The notes beneath the pieces were generated by a model. It was given only the letters and a program-made list of their open reading frames with translations, was not told the origin of the DNA and did no database searches. Positions 19,415-29,549 of a stretch of 64,000 nt of DNA are shown in pieces. Both the position numbers and the translations under genes were made by a program. Source of the DNA: an uncultured virus (IMG/VR IMGVR_UViG_3300031247_000001) (Duplodnaviria > Heunggongvirae > Uroviricota > Caudoviricetes); the IMG/VR virus record IMGVR_UViG_3300031247_000001. One strand, written 5' to 3'. Within the stretch, counting starts at the first letter, position 1. Every line of letters begins with the position of its first letter.

Positions 19415-19690
19415 GTGGGGAAAACAACGAATGTCACAGGAAGCGTTTTGAAGTGGCCGGACGTGCTCCGGGCCGTCCCGCGCCCAGAAGTGCGCGTTTG
19501 GCTATTGGCACGATTTCGCGGCAGGGGTTTTGATGCCGACTCATTTCGGTTGCGATCGGTCCGTGAGGGCATGGCCGATGCGCTGACAGCTACCGAGGAT
19601 TGGCTCGAGATCAACCACCCGCGCTGGCTGGAAGATCGAGCGCTGCTCAAGGAGTTGCGACGGAGACTCGAGCTAGAGCTCTGGCCTTGA
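19415..19690 (+). CDS. Small hypothetical protein divergent from the replication operon
   Basis: ORF after a lower-GC intergenic region containing TTGACA/TTGACC hexamers. Confidence 0.35.
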   Translation: MGKTTNVTGSVLKWPDVLRAVPRPEVRVWLLARFRGRGFDADSFRLRSVREGMADALTATEDWLEINHPRWLEDRALLKELRRRLELELWP

Positions 19691-19832
19691 GCTCGGAGCC
19701 TGATGTGCACTCACCGTCTGAACCCCGGGAACGCGACGATCAGAAATCGAATACGTCGCCACGCGGAGTGACCCGTGCTCGCGTGCCACGCGAACAAGAT
19801 CCACCAGCGGATCCGTGACGGGAGCCAGGGGT

Positions 19833-20111
19833 TCATGGGCGGGGTCGCGCCCAGAACAGCCGTAACCGATCCCCTCGCCCTTCGTCACCATGCTCTTCGA
19901 AGCGCGGCGCCTTCGGCGAAAGCTTCGAGCAGCAAACGCACTGGTAGTGGCCATCCGACAAGCAGTCCCCAGTGCCGTCGTAGCCACGGTTATCGTACAG
20001 CTCGCAGGGATAGTCCGGATCACGCACGCCCGGCATACCGAAGAGCGGGGGCCGGTTGTTGACGAAGGCGACGAGCGCCTGCCATTCGAGCAGATTAGCT
20101 GGGGCAGGCAT
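19833..20111 (-). CDS. Small Cys-rich hypothetical protein
   Basis: C..C.SDGHYQC..C pattern. Confidence 0.5.
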   Translation of the reverse strand: MPAPANLLEWQALVAFVNNRPPLFGMPGVRDPDYPCELYDNRGYDGTGDCLSDGHYQCVCCSKLSPKAPRFEEHGDEGRGDRLRLFWARPRP

Positions 20112-20305
20112 GAAGCGGGATCCTGGTCATGATCGATCCTTCAGGCGCGCTCATCTGGTCCTCCTCGAGATACGCTGCTGATGTTTGCGCTCATCACGCT
20201 CCAGCTTTTTGGCAATCTGCCGCAGCGTCTTGCAGGCCCGATCGCACACGCGAACCAGGTTGACCTGCGCCGTAACGTAGCGCTCGAATTCGAGTACCGG
20301 CGAGC

Positions 20306-20827
20306 TCATGTCCGCTCCTTCAGGCGTCGGGTGAGTTCGGTGAGGTCATCCTGAACGCCTGCAATCGCCTTTGCCGGGATACCAAAGACTGCAGCGTTGA
20401 TTGCGCGTCGCAGTCTGCTCTCCAGCTCCTCGTCACTCGGTCGCAAGGGCTCCCCGCTCGCCAGAAACGGATTCTCCGCCTTGATCACGTCCACTCGATC
20501 GTGGTCCATCTTTTCTCGATCGTCGTAGCCACGCGCGTAGCCAAGCTCCCACGCTTCAGCATGCCCGCTCGCCGGATTGGCGTCGACAGCAAGCGCCTTC
20601 CCGAGCGCGCGGTGCAACCATTCGGCAAGTCCACGCACGCCTCCGCGTTCCAGCACGAAGACGCGGTCGAGTTCTTGGTTCGGCGCAGCCGGAACTGTGT
20701 ACGTGCCACCTGCCCATGGTTCGCCGCAGTCGATGCAGCGATAGACAAGCGCGCCGTTCGAGGGGTTCATAGCGAGAGGGCTGCCCTCCCACCGAACTTC
20801 GATGTGCAGATGTTTGCAGTCGGTCAT
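20306..20827 (-). CDS. Hypothetical protein
   Basis: ORF in operon with an N-terminal CxH..CxxC. Confidence 0.5.
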   Translation of the reverse strand: MTDCKHLHIEVRWEGSPLAMNPSNGALVYRCIDCGEPWAGGTYTVPAAPNQELDRVFVLERGGVRGLAEWLHRALGKALAVDANPASGHAEAWELGYARGYDDREKMDHDRVDVIKAENPFLASGEPLRPSDEELESRLRRAINAAVFGIPAKAIAGVQDDLTELTRRLKERT

Positions 20828-21041
20828 GGCTACGAATGTTCCTTTCTGATGCGCTCGGCTTCGTCGCGGAGCGCCTCTTTCTTACCCGCCTCGAGCCACA
20901 GAAACCTCACGAACGCCTTCCACCAACGGAGCTCCCGCAGGAAGCGCCTCGCCGTGTGGTCGATGATCCAAAACAGGATGAGGAGCATGCCGCACAGGCA
21001 GACCGCGACGCCGACCCAAGTGAAGATGGGGATGAGGAAGC

Positions 21042-21791
21042 TCACGTCGGGCCTTGGTCTTCGGTCTTGAGTAGCTCGTAGAGCCGAAGGAGAAACGCCC
21101 AGGCCTTCGGTGCGTCGTCGCGATAGACGGCAGGGAGATCGGCGTTTTTGGAGAGCAGCTGCGCGACCTTCTCGACCAGCGGGAGCGAGTCGTAGTTGGT
21201 CTCCTGCGCCAAGTCGCTCAGCATCGGTCGGTGCTGACTGCGGACAGAGTTTTGGAGGAGCGCCTCGACGGAAGCGCCGCTTGCGATCTTGTCCCCGATG
21301 TAGCGGAGGCGCACGACCAGGATCAACTCGGCGTGCGTGAGCCGAGGAGGCACCGCGAGAGCAGTCGATCCGCCGGCCAGAAGCTTGGAGCCGTCTTTGC
21401 ACACGGGGCAGTGATCGAAGCTATCGGTCACCACCCAGCCGAGCGATTCGGCGAGCTTGGATGCGGCCCTCACCGAGGCCGTCCCCGGTGACTTCAAGAG
21501 GCAGCGGTCGCACTGCACGCTGTGCTGACCGGTCGCTGACTCTTCGCGGTAGTAGGCCTTCGAGAGATCGAGCAAGTGGTCGCCGGGGTCACGGCCTTGG
21601 TCGCGGGCGGAGTTTGCGACGCGATCGACGACAGCGTCGGTGGTGCGGGCCAGTTGAGAGAGGCCTTCGCCCAAGATCCCGCCCCCGGTGCCGGCGGGAG
21701 GAAAGTAATCAGCGGGCGATGCGGCGGTGATGGCGCGGGAGCGCTTGGCTAAGGGACGCGTGCGTTTTTTGGGTTTGGTTTTTTTGGGCAT
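21042..21791 (-). CDS. Hypothetical protein with Zn-ribbon
   Basis: CDRC..HCPVC. Confidence 0.55.
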   Translation of the reverse strand: MPKKTKPKKRTRPLAKRSRAITAASPADYFPPAGTGGGILGEGLSQLARTTDAVVDRVANSARDQGRDPGDHLLDLSKAYYREESATGQHSVQCDRCLLKSPGTASVRAASKLAESLGWVVTDSFDHCPVCKDGSKLLAGGSTALAVPPRLTHAELILVVRLRYIGDKIASGASVEALLQNSVRSQHRPMLSDLAQETNYDSLPLVEKVAQLLSKNADLPAVYRDDAPKAWAFLLRLYELLKTEDQGPT

Positions 21792-21799
21792 GCAGAAAC

Positions 21800-22159
21800 T
21801 CAGAAGGGCTTGTCATGGAAGTGTGCTGCGAGCCGAGCCGTCACTGCCGTGGCGTGTTCATAACCAGCGACGTAGGCAACCTCGGCGGCCTCACCGTAAC
21901 AGCGAAAGTGATGAAGGGCACCAGAGACGATGTAGCAGTCGGCGGCGTACTCGGATCCGAGCAGGGGCTTTCCTTTATGAAGAGCGTTGTGGACAAGCCG
22001 AAGCGCTTCACAGAAGCCTTCGATGTACGCTTCATGCGCGATGGCGTAACAGCGATAGGGACGACTGTCGGTGCGGTACGCATCGGTTGCGAGGTCCCAG
22101 TGTTGCTCAGCTAGGATCCGGATCTCTCGGACGTGCTCGGGCGGGTGGTCGTGGTTCAT
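21800..22159 (-). CDS. Hypothetical protein
   Basis: ORF in operon with an internal AY..GF/GY repeat. Confidence 0.45.
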   Translation of the reverse strand: MNHDHPPEHVREIRILAEQHWDLATDAYRTDSRPYRCYAIAHEAYIEGFCEALRLVHNALHKGKPLLGSEYAADCYIVSGALHHFRCYGEAAEVAYVAGYEHATAVTARLAAHFHDKPF

Positions 22160-22581
22160 GGGGAATAGATCTTGTTGGTGCAGCGGCAGACGAGGTGGTC
22201 TTTACCGTTCACATGACCAACGGAGAAGACGCAGTGCTCGAGACGCTTGATGCAGCGGCGAAGGCGCCAGCGCTCGATGGCAGCGTGGAGGAAGAGCAGT
22301 ATCACGACGATGATGCCAGCGGTGGTCGAGGTCACGAGAGCACCGGCACTGTGAAGCTCACGATTGCGTCCCCGTTCTCATCCCCCCCGAACCTCACCCG
22401 CCAGCTCGCATGGCACGCGGGGCAGACGAGTAGCGGCGGATCTAAGGCGAGCCCCTTGGCTACGATCTCGCGCGCCATCTGCTGCCGAAACTCAATGCTG
22501 CGGCATTCCTCGCAGCCGTGCTTGGTGCCGCTGGCATGGGTCTGGGTCAGGTTGACGCGCTTGGCGAGCTTGCGATCGCGG

Positions 22582-22887
22582 CTACTCATCGTCGTCGGCA
22601 GCGGCCGCCTCCGCCTCATCGAACAAACTCTCGTCCGACGTGCAGTCGATGGCGAAGAACGGCGTGTCGTCCTCGTCGTGATCATGCTCCACGGCGGCGC
22701 CAAGGATCCCCCCGCAGAAGGACACGTAGGTCTCGTCGTAGTCGTCCTCGGCACGAACGACGATCACCAGATCATCGGGAACACCCTCGAGCGCTTTTCT
22801 GAGCGCGCCCACGGTGAGGCCGGGGCAGCGAAAGTAGGTCTCCTCCTGGGGATCGGTCTCCGGGGATTCCGGGGATTGGTCACTCAT
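22582..22887 (-). CDS. Acidic hypothetical protein
   Basis: LTVGALRKALEGVPDDL phage-type motif. Confidence 0.55.
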   Translation of the reverse strand: MSDQSPESPETDPQEETYFRCPGLTVGALRKALEGVPDDLVIVVRAEDDYDETYVSFCGGILGAAVEHDHDEDDTPFFAIDCTSDESLFDEAEAAAADDDE

Positions 22888-23322
22888 AATAGTCCGAGGT
22901 CCTTTCTGATCTGGGCTTGCGCGGCGGCGTACCCTTTGGCGTAGGCATATTCGAGCATGAAGAGCAGGTGTTGCTCGTCACGGGATTGATCGTAGTGCTT
23001 GGCAGCCCAATCATTGTAGGGCTGGAGCAGGTGCACAGAATTTACCGAGCGGTGATCCGTGTGGAGAGTATGCCCATAAGCGTCGCAGTCGCGGATCAGT
23101 CGAAAGTGCTCGGAGATTGGTGCTGGTCGCAGGGGCTCACTCATGGCTTCGTCTTCCTCTCGAACCACCCACAGCGGTGGCAGTACTGAGCTCCGGTCTT
23201 GCTCTTCACGATCTTTCCTCGCTGGCAGCTCGGGCAGCGTAGCCGCGCGCGGGCGCCCGGGATCCCGACGCCGCCGAGCGCGGCCGCGGCGGCGATCACA
23301 GCGCGTGCCCTGCGCGCGCTCA

Positions 23323-24180
23323 TCAGTAATCCGACGTGCAGAGAAAGCCGCGTCCGACGCGAAGCGACCACTCTGCCGCGCTGCGTGTGACGGTGATGAT
23401 GTGCTCGCCCTCTTCGTCGGCAGGCGCGATCTTCCAGGCTTGGGGATGCTGTGGGCCGTAGCACTTGATCCGGATGGGCTTCTCGCTCGGGTACCGCGAC
23501 CACTCGAGCGCGTCGAAGCTCACCTCTTCGCCGCTGCTCTCGGCGTACACGAACGCCGCGTCTTCGGTGGACCGAGCGACCACGAAGGTGCTCTCTTCGT
23601 CCCAGTACACGTTGTACACGCGGGGTGCTTCGGGAGGCGCCGGGCGCAGCAAGCGCTCGATGGTCTCGACCATCTCCGGGATAGTGGCGTCCGGTAGGGA
23701 GAGCACCGTGCGGAAAGCGTTGATGCCGGCGTTGTGAAGCGCGTCCCAGTTGGCATCGAGGCGGCGGTAGCCCTCACGCAGGGACTCGAGCTCGCTTCCG
23801 AGGTGATCGGTGACTTGGTTGTGCGCGTCGTCCTGGGCGGCCTTGTACTTGGCGAAGCAGTCGCGGAGGGTGTGGTGGTCTTCGGGGCTCGTGCCGCAGA
23901 GCGCGCAGATCTCCTCCGATTCTTCCATGCCCTGCACGGTGGTCGTGGGCGGGGACAAGATCTCCCACTCGAACTCCGCGAACGCCTTGGCGAGATCATC
24001 CATGAACACGCTCGAGAGGACTTCTCCGCGCACGTGGATCTGGGCAAAGCAGCGAGCCGCGCGTTGGCGATGCTCCTTGGTGACTGGGACTTCGTCGGCG
24101 AGGAGCGAGCTGTCTTCGGTCATGTCCTGGGCTCCGGCCTGCGCGTGCTCGTCATAATTGAACAAATCTGCGTCAGTCAT
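23323..24180 (-). CDS. Hypothetical protein
   Basis: Coupled ORF, acidic. Confidence 0.6.
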   Translation of the reverse strand: MTDADLFNYDEHAQAGAQDMTEDSSLLADEVPVTKEHRQRAARCFAQIHVRGEVLSSVFMDDLAKAFAEFEWEILSPPTTTVQGMEESEEICALCGTSPEDHHTLRDCFAKYKAAQDDAHNQVTDHLGSELESLREGYRRLDANWDALHNAGINAFRTVLSLPDATIPEMVETIERLLRPAPPEAPRVYNVYWDEESTFVVARSTEDAAFVYAESSGEEVSFDALEWSRYPSEKPIRIKCYGPQHPQAWKIAPADEEGEHIITVTRSAAEWSLRVGRGFLCTSDY

Positions 24181-24739
24181 GGAGTCCTTGATCCTTTGCT
24201 TCTTCGAAGCGATGGGCGAGGGTCTCGAGGCAGCTAGCGAGATCGAGGATTCGGCGCCCGGCGGCTTGGTTGAACTGGCCCTCGATGGTTATGAGGTGCG
24301 AGGCCGCCTCGCGGAGCGCGACCTCGACCGAGATGCCTTCCTCGGCTCCCTCGGCGGGCTCGATGTCGAGGAGGAGTTCTTCGAGCGCGGCGCGCCGATC
24401 CTCGGAAATCCGATCCTCGTCGGTCGGTGGAGCTAGGAGCGGATCCGGCACAGCGGATGCGGGGGCGAGTATCTCTCGTCTGGCAAGCATCGCGTCGGCG
24501 ATATGATAGGCGGCGACCGCGAGGTCATCCGGCGAGCTGCTGCCTATGTTCCTGTCCGCGACATCGAGCGCCGCCATCGCGCACTTGTCCCTCAGGGCTT
24601 CCCAAGCGGCGCTCTCGCTGACGCGCAGCTGGTGGATGTACTGCTCGAGATCTTGCTTCGACGAGAACGAGCAGGTGACGCACCTGTAGAGCTCGGGGGT
24701 CATGACCTCCCCGCAGCCGGGGCACTTCTGCCAACTCAT
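24173..24739 (-). CDS. Phage hypothetical protein
   Basis: LRDKCAMAAL...AYHIADAMLARR, a common phage motif. Confidence 0.65.
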   Translation of the reverse strand: MSWQKCPGCGEVMTPELYRCVTCSFSSKQDLEQYIHQLRVSESAAWEALRDKCAMAALDVADRNIGSSSPDDLAVAAYHIADAMLARREILAPASAVPDPLLAPPTDEDRISEDRRAALEELLLDIEPAEGAEEGISVEVALREAASHLITIEGQFNQAAGRRILDLASCLETLAHRFEEAKDQGLHD

Positions 24740-25902
24740 GGTTTGCTACCCTTCGCCGGGGGAGCCGCGATCTCGTCGATGAGCAGCACCATCGCGAGCA
24801 GCGTCTCGTTTCGAAGGAAGCACGACGGCCGGTCGTTGACGATGTCGAAATAAAAATCGATCTCCGTCGGCACGAACGACTTCAGCGCCGTGGCCATGTA
24901 GTTCGCGTCGAAATGGATCTGAAAGCTCCTCGGATCGGCGTCTTCCACCCCGATCTCGTCCTCGCCTTGCCCCTTTTCGCTCTTGCGAGTTGCCATCCGC
25001 ACGATCCCGTCCGCGTACGTGAGATCGATCTGCACGAACTTGTCCTTCCCCTCGACGAAGTCGCTCCCAGCGCTCACGGCGCGCACGCTCTCGAGCAGGG
25101 CCTCGCTCGACACGCGGAAGCGCCGCTTCTGTGGCACGCAGCCGACGAGCAGCGGCACGACCTGCACCGGGAACGGCCGATGGAGCGGGAGCGCGCGAAT
25201 GCTGATCCCAGGCGCCCGAGCGAAGAGGTGAGTATTGTCCTGGGCGAGCTCGATGATCTGGTCCTTCGGGACAGTCTTCAGCGCATCGAGCAGGTTTTTC
25301 GGCAAGAGGTAATTCTGATTCGACTGCCTCGCCTCCGAGAACCAGCCCTTCGCCAGCGCGAACGAATGCCCCGTCACCGCCGCGAGCTCGAAGAACTTGT
25401 CCTCCTTCGGCATGAGGAGCGCCCCGCTCGGTGTCTCTTCCAGCTTGGAGTCGATCGCAAACGAGACCTCGCTGGCGGCCTGGAGCAAGATCTTGGCCTC
25501 GACCGAGTACCAGGTCTCGGGCTCTACCGCGCTCGTGACCTTCGGGAAGTCGACGGGATCGAGCGCGGTCATCGAGAATTTGCGCTTGCTCGCACTCGAC
25601 CGCACGGTCGCCTTGAACTTCCCATCCACCGAGATCTCCACATAGCCCTCGGGGAGCTCATTGACGATGGCCGCTAGGCGGTGGTGGTTGAGGGCGCAGG
25701 CGCCAGGAGCCTTCACTTCTCCCTTCGCTTGGATGGTGATGTCGAGTTGCCCATCGGTCGTGGCGCACGTGATGGCGCTCGAGGCGTCGGTCGCAGAGAA
25801 GAGCACGCACTGGCGCACGGACACCATGTCGCCCGAGTTGATGGCGGCGCCAGAGCGCTTGAGGATGGAGAGGAGATCTTGACGGTTGATGACGATTTGC
25901 AT
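24736..25902 (-). CDS. dnaN: DNA polymerase III beta sliding clamp
   Basis: 388 aa; ATTDGQLDI, IVNELPEG, LDPVDFP and FDANYMATAL correspond to DnaN motifs. Confidence 0.85.
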   Translation of the reverse strand: MQIVINRQDLLSILKRSGAAINSGDMVSVRQCVLFSATDASSAITCATTDGQLDITIQAKGEVKAPGACALNHHRLAAIVNELPEGYVEISVDGKFKATVRSSASKRKFSMTALDPVDFPKVTSAVEPETWYSVEAKILLQAASEVSFAIDSKLEETPSGALLMPKEDKFFELAAVTGHSFALAKGWFSEARQSNQNYLLPKNLLDALKTVPKDQIIELAQDNTHLFARAPGISIRALPLHRPFPVQVVPLLVGCVPQKRRFRVSSEALLESVRAVSAGSDFVEGKDKFVQIDLTYADGIVRMATRKSEKGQGEDEIGVEDADPRSFQIHFDANYMATALKSFVPTEIDFYFDIVNDRPSCFLRNETLLAMVLLIDEIAAPPAKGSKP

Positions 25903-25909
25903 GGGCTCC

Positions 25910-26449
25910 CTACTGAGGTGACGGTGCGGGCGCGCCGAGCTCGGCGCGCTCGATGAGTCGCAAAGCGGTGCGAGTGTCCGGTGGATGGACGTAGACGATC
26001 GCGTCGCCGCCGGTATTCAAGTAGCTGACGAGCGGATCGAGCCCGAAGTATTTCACCTCGGCGAAGCGCTGGAACTCACCCATGAGGCGCTTCTTCTCGG
26101 CATGGCGCGCTCGGTACTTCACCGAGCACGTCGCCGAGCAGAATAGGTTGTCGTGCTCGTCTCGGACAAACCCCTCGTACCCGAGCCCGGTGTGCTTGTA
26201 GCACTCGGAGCATTCGAAGTACCAGCCGTCCTCGAGCATCCAGTCGAGGAGGTTCCCGGTGAAGCCGTCGAGCTGGGGGTACCGCTCGCATTCGACCTCG
26301 TCGAATTGCAAGTCCAGCGCTTCTGCCCCGAGGCGCCGAGCTTGGAGGCCATGATCGGACCAGACGATGTGACAGCGCTCGTCGTCGGTGATCTTCCAGG
26401 CCTTCGTCGCGAGCGGGTGCGCGTACGTCGACATATCCATCAAGGTCAT
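25910..26449 (-). CDS. Zn-finger hypothetical protein
   Basis: GWYFECSEC and FCSATC. Confidence 0.6.
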   Translation of the reverse strand: MTLMDMSTYAHPLATKAWKITDDERCHIVWSDHGLQARRLGAEALDLQFDEVECERYPQLDGFTGNLLDWMLEDGWYFECSECYKHTGLGYEGFVRDEHDNLFCSATCSVKYRARHAEKKRLMGEFQRFAEVKYFGLDPLVSYLNTGGDAIVYVHPPDTRTALRLIERAELGAPAPSPQ

Positions 26450-26642
26450 AACCGATTGAGCTCCTGAGCGAGCTCCCGCACCGCTTCCTCGTGCTTGCCG
26501 ATCTGCGCCTGTAGTTTCCTGATCTCTTCTAAATGGTGCGCCATGAGATCTCGGATGTGGCGGATGCAGTGCTGGTTACCGGGCGCGGTTTTGTTCCCGC
26601 AGTCGGTCATGTCGCCGTTATCCCAGACACGCGCGATGCAGC

Positions 26643-27011
26643 TCATATCCGACCGGGCCCCCCGGCTGTTTCTTCCCAGAAGGCGTGCGCTGCCGACTCA
26701 GATGGAGCCGGCAAGATTTTCGGCCCTCGCCCGTACCACTGGTCGCGCCGCCGCACGGTGCGGCTAAACAACTCGAGAGAATCGGAGAGCCAGGTAGCCA
26801 AGATGAAGTCCGGGGTGTCGGAGTCGTTCTCCTTGCTGTAGCGGTTGATGAGCGCCGTGAGGGCCGTGCGAAAGTCGGGGTCGGGCGGCGGCGCATCCCT
26901 CCCAAACCGCATGAAGGCCTCCATGGCGGCGGACTTGTGCTCGTACTCGAGGTCGCAGTTGAGGATGGCCCCGAGGATCATCTCGTAGTCTTGGCGGCTG
27001 AGTTGGGTCAT
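26643..27011 (-). CDS. Phage hypothetical protein
   Basis: LINRYSKENDSDTPDFILA motif. Confidence 0.6.
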   Translation of the reverse strand: MTQLSRQDYEMILGAILNCDLEYEHKSAAMEAFMRFGRDAPPPDPDFRTALTALINRYSKENDSDTPDFILATWLSDSLELFSRTVRRRDQWYGRGPKILPAPSESAAHAFWEETAGGPGRI

Positions 27012-27364
27012 GGCGGGGTCTCCACGGCGGGCTCGCTGTCTTCCCAAGCGTGCCGGAATTCGTGTTGGTAGTTCGGGATGGATTTGTGAAACGCACGCAC
27101 CCCGTCCCGCATCTTGCCGGCGGCGTATGAGAGCTCGAGCTCGAGGTCGAGCGCGAGCACGGTGATCTTGTGGCACATGCGGATGCGCTCGCATTTAGAG
27201 CAGAGCACGTACCGAGACCACTTCCCGCGGTCGAAGGTGTTGAGATAGATGTACGTCTCGCCTGGCTGGATGGGCTCCGGGCACTCGGCGCACGCGTGCG
27301 CGCGGCGCGCCTTCTGGCGGTGCACGGTGCCTTCGCGCTCGAGGGCGGATTCTTCGTCAGGCAT
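27008..27364 (-). CDS. Small Zn-binding protein (paralogue of 27778-28158)
   Basis: ARRAHACAECPEPIQPGETY...CSKC. Confidence 0.65.
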   Translation of the reverse strand: MPDEESALEREGTVHRQKARRAHACAECPEPIQPGETYIYLNTFDRGKWSRYVLCSKCERIRMCHKITVLALDLELELSYAAGKMRDGVRAFHKSIPNYQHEFRHAWEDSEPAVETPP

Positions 27365-27379
27365 CGGAGGCGAGCCGCA

Positions 27380-27781
27380 TTAGTGGATCTCCCAGACGTT
27401 GGTTGGGTAATTCCGAGCGGCCACTTCGAGCTCGGTGAGGATGCGGATTGCGTCGTCGACGGTGCCCCAACGATTGAGGGGTTCGAGCGCCGCGAAGTCC
27501 GCCGGCCGTGTGCGGATCCGCCTGAGGGCCACCCGAAGGATGCTCTCGGACTCGGCACCAGTCTTTCCATTGAGCACGCGCAGCCCGCGCGGCGATTCAG
27601 TTTTCGCCCCCAGCACGACCACCTGCCCCTCGCTGACTTCGGGGTTGGGCATCGACTGTCCGGTGAGGGCCAAGTGGAAGATGGGCGTCAAGTTGTAGGT
27701 AGGATCTGGGAGCTCAGGCTCGTTGCCAAAGCGTCCGCAGTGATCGCAGGGGATGCTCTTCAGGTAGATGTCGTAGCTCAC
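27380..27781 (-). CDS. Phage hypothetical protein
   Basis: MSYDIYL, TYNL and LEPLNRWG motifs. Confidence 0.65.
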   Translation of the reverse strand: MSYDIYLKSIPCDHCGRFGNEPELPDPTYNLTPIFHLALTGQSMPNPEVSEGQVVVLGAKTESPRGLRVLNGKTGAESESILRVALRRIRTRPADFAALEPLNRWGTVDDAIRILTELEVAARNYPTNVWEIH

Positions 27782-28158
27782 TGGAAGTTAGCCCTCTGAC
27801 GCCGGTCAGGCTCAGGCGGCTTCTTCGGCACCGGCTCACCCTTCCACGCCGCCCGGAACGCCACGACGTAGTGCGGCTCCTCCGAAATGCACTCCTTCAC
27901 CTGCTCGAGGAGCTGTCCGACGTAGTAGCTCGAGTTGCCGCCCATGGAATGCTCGGCCTTCGCGTGGGCCGCTTCGACGCGGTGGCATTTCTCGCACTGG
28001 GGCCACGCCGACCAGCTGCCGTCCGAGAGCGACGAGGCGCGCCAGTAGAGCGTGCCGGGCAAGATGGGCTTGTAGCACTCCCGACAGCGGTGAGGCTTGC
28101 GCGCTCGCCTCCGCTCTTCGTGGGTTGCGGTCGGGGGCTCGTCGATGCCGTCGCACAT
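27778..28158 (-). CDS. Small Zn-binding protein
   Basis: ARKPHRCRECYKPILPGTLY...CEKC. Confidence 0.65.
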   Translation of the reverse strand: MCDGIDEPPTATHEERRRARKPHRCRECYKPILPGTLYWRASSLSDGSWSAWPQCEKCHRVEAAHAKAEHSMGGNSSYYVGQLLEQVKECISEEPHYVVAFRAAWKGEPVPKKPPEPDRRQRANFQ

Positions 28159-28161
28159 GGG

Positions 28162-28494
28162 TCAGTCCTCCTGGGTGGAAGCGATGTAGCCGGGGCCGAG
28201 AAGATCGAGCAGCTTGCGCGCAGGAAGGCGCCTGAGCGAGGCGTTGCCGGCTTCGATGGTCTCAAGAGATGCGACCGTATAATCCCCCTCGAACAAGATC
28301 TCGATGACCTCGTCGTCGGGCAAGACCACGAAGTCATCGGGCATCGCGCCGTCTGCATCGAAGTAGTGTCCCCACTCCGCTGCGGCGTCCACCGCGCTCG
28401 TGGCGGCGACGTAGTCACCGTACCCAAAGTACAAGAACAGCTGATGCCGCGGTGTGCCCTGCGGTTGCTTAAAACCAGGCGGTCGTTCGGTCAT
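28162..28494 (-). CDS. Hypothetical protein (MTERPPGFKQ...); its start region resembles a mini-array spacer
   Basis: ATGA overlap with the upstream stop; spacer similarity at 28465-28499. Confidence 0.65.
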   Translation of the reverse strand: MTERPPGFKQPQGTPRHQLFLYFGYGDYVAATSAVDAAAEWGHYFDADGAMPDDFVVLPDDEVIEILFEGDYTVASLETIEAGNASLRRLPARKLLDLLGPGYIASTQED

Positions 28495-28760
28495 GACTTT
28501 GCTTTTGGAAAAGGTTGCAGGGTGTCGGGGTCGATATTGGCCTCGCGACACTCGCGCTGGTAGTTACGCACCTGCACGGCGTCATCTACCCGTTGGCACG
28601 CCTTGCAAGTCGCTTCGTCCACGAGTTGGTTCGGGCTGATGATAGGGAGCTCATGCACGCGCCAGTACCTCACGCCGCGCACTGAGTATTGCTTGAGCGA
28701 CTTGCCGCAGTAGGTGAGCTTGCGGCCCGGGTCGTAGAGGTGGGTGACTTCCCTTGGCAT
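28491..28760 (-). CDS. Small Zn-finger protein, first gene of the leftward block
   Basis: H..YCG..TCKAC. Confidence 0.55.
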   Translation of the reverse strand: MPREVTHLYDPGRKLTYCGKSLKQYSVRGVRYWRVHELPIISPNQLVDEATCKACQRVDDAVQVRNYQRECREANIDPDTLQPFPKAKS

Positions 28761-28869
28761 CGGTAGGTGGTACGCGCGGCCGCGCTAGATCTTCCCTGGA
28801 GACGGAGCGGTGAGATAGTTCGTTGACAGTTCTGAGATAGCAGTGCTAGCTTCCGCCGTCGAGACAGAA

Positions 28870-29313
28870 ATGAGTGCCCCCGATCCGCTCCCGCATTCTC
28901 TCCCGAAGGGCATGACTGCCCGGGGGAAGACGTGGCAGCTAGAGTCGCTCGCAGCGCGGCACTCATCGAGCGAGGAATACTACGGCCGATGGGTGGCCAA
29001 TTGGTCGGCTGGGGAGAAGTTTCCTTGCGTGGCGTCTATGCATGCAAGCGATATTGATTGGCCCGGGGAAGATCTCGCCGCGGCCGCCGTAGCACCAAGC
29101 ATGGAAGAATCACTCGAATCACTGCGGGTAGCCATCGCAGGGCTCAAGGGCTGGCCGCTCGACAAGCGGGAGACGCTCGTGGCGTTCAATATGATGGGGC
29201 TCACGAGCCGGCTGCAGCCGCTGCAGGTCGAGAGCTCCGTGCATCAGCAGATGGTCGTGGCGCTGGCGGTGAAGCTCGCGGACTTGGCGATCTTGGAGCT
29301 CGGTAAACCGTGA
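28870..29313 (+). CDS. Hypothetical protein, first gene of the rightward block
   Basis: Downstream of a TTGACA...TAGCTT promoter-like sequence at about 28823-28851. Confidence 0.5.
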   Translation: MSAPDPLPHSLPKGMTARGKTWQLESLAARHSSSEEYYGRWVANWSAGEKFPCVASMHASDIDWPGEDLAAAAVAPSMEESLESLRVAIAGLKGWPLDKRETLVAFNMMGLTSRLQPLQVESSVHQQMVVALAVKLADLAILELGKP

Positions 29314-29549
29314 CGGTCGAGATCCGTTTCAAGTGCCCGACGTGCGGCGCCGAGCACACTCGCGGCTTCGTGGACGGCGTTGACACCTTCCGGTGTCTCA
29401 AGTGCGGCTACCAGGGCCACGGCTTTCATCCGGACCCCGAGATCGACAAGGCGGTCTTCGCTGAGCACCAGCTGAACAACGCCATCAACCGAGCGCTCGG
29501 GGTGACCGAGGTGCCGCTCGGCATCGACCCCATGGACATCGCATCGTGA
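29310..29549 (+). CDS. Zn-ribbon protein
   Basis: CPTC..CLKC. Confidence 0.55.
   Translation: MTVEIRFKCPTCGAEHTRGFVDGVDTFRCLKCGYQGHGFHPDPEIDKAVFAEHQLNNAINRALGVTEVPLGIDPMDIAS

Noticed and set aside
26790..26800. 11-nt match to spacer 59448-59485
   Set aside because: Too short, in a different reading frame, and the flanks do not align.
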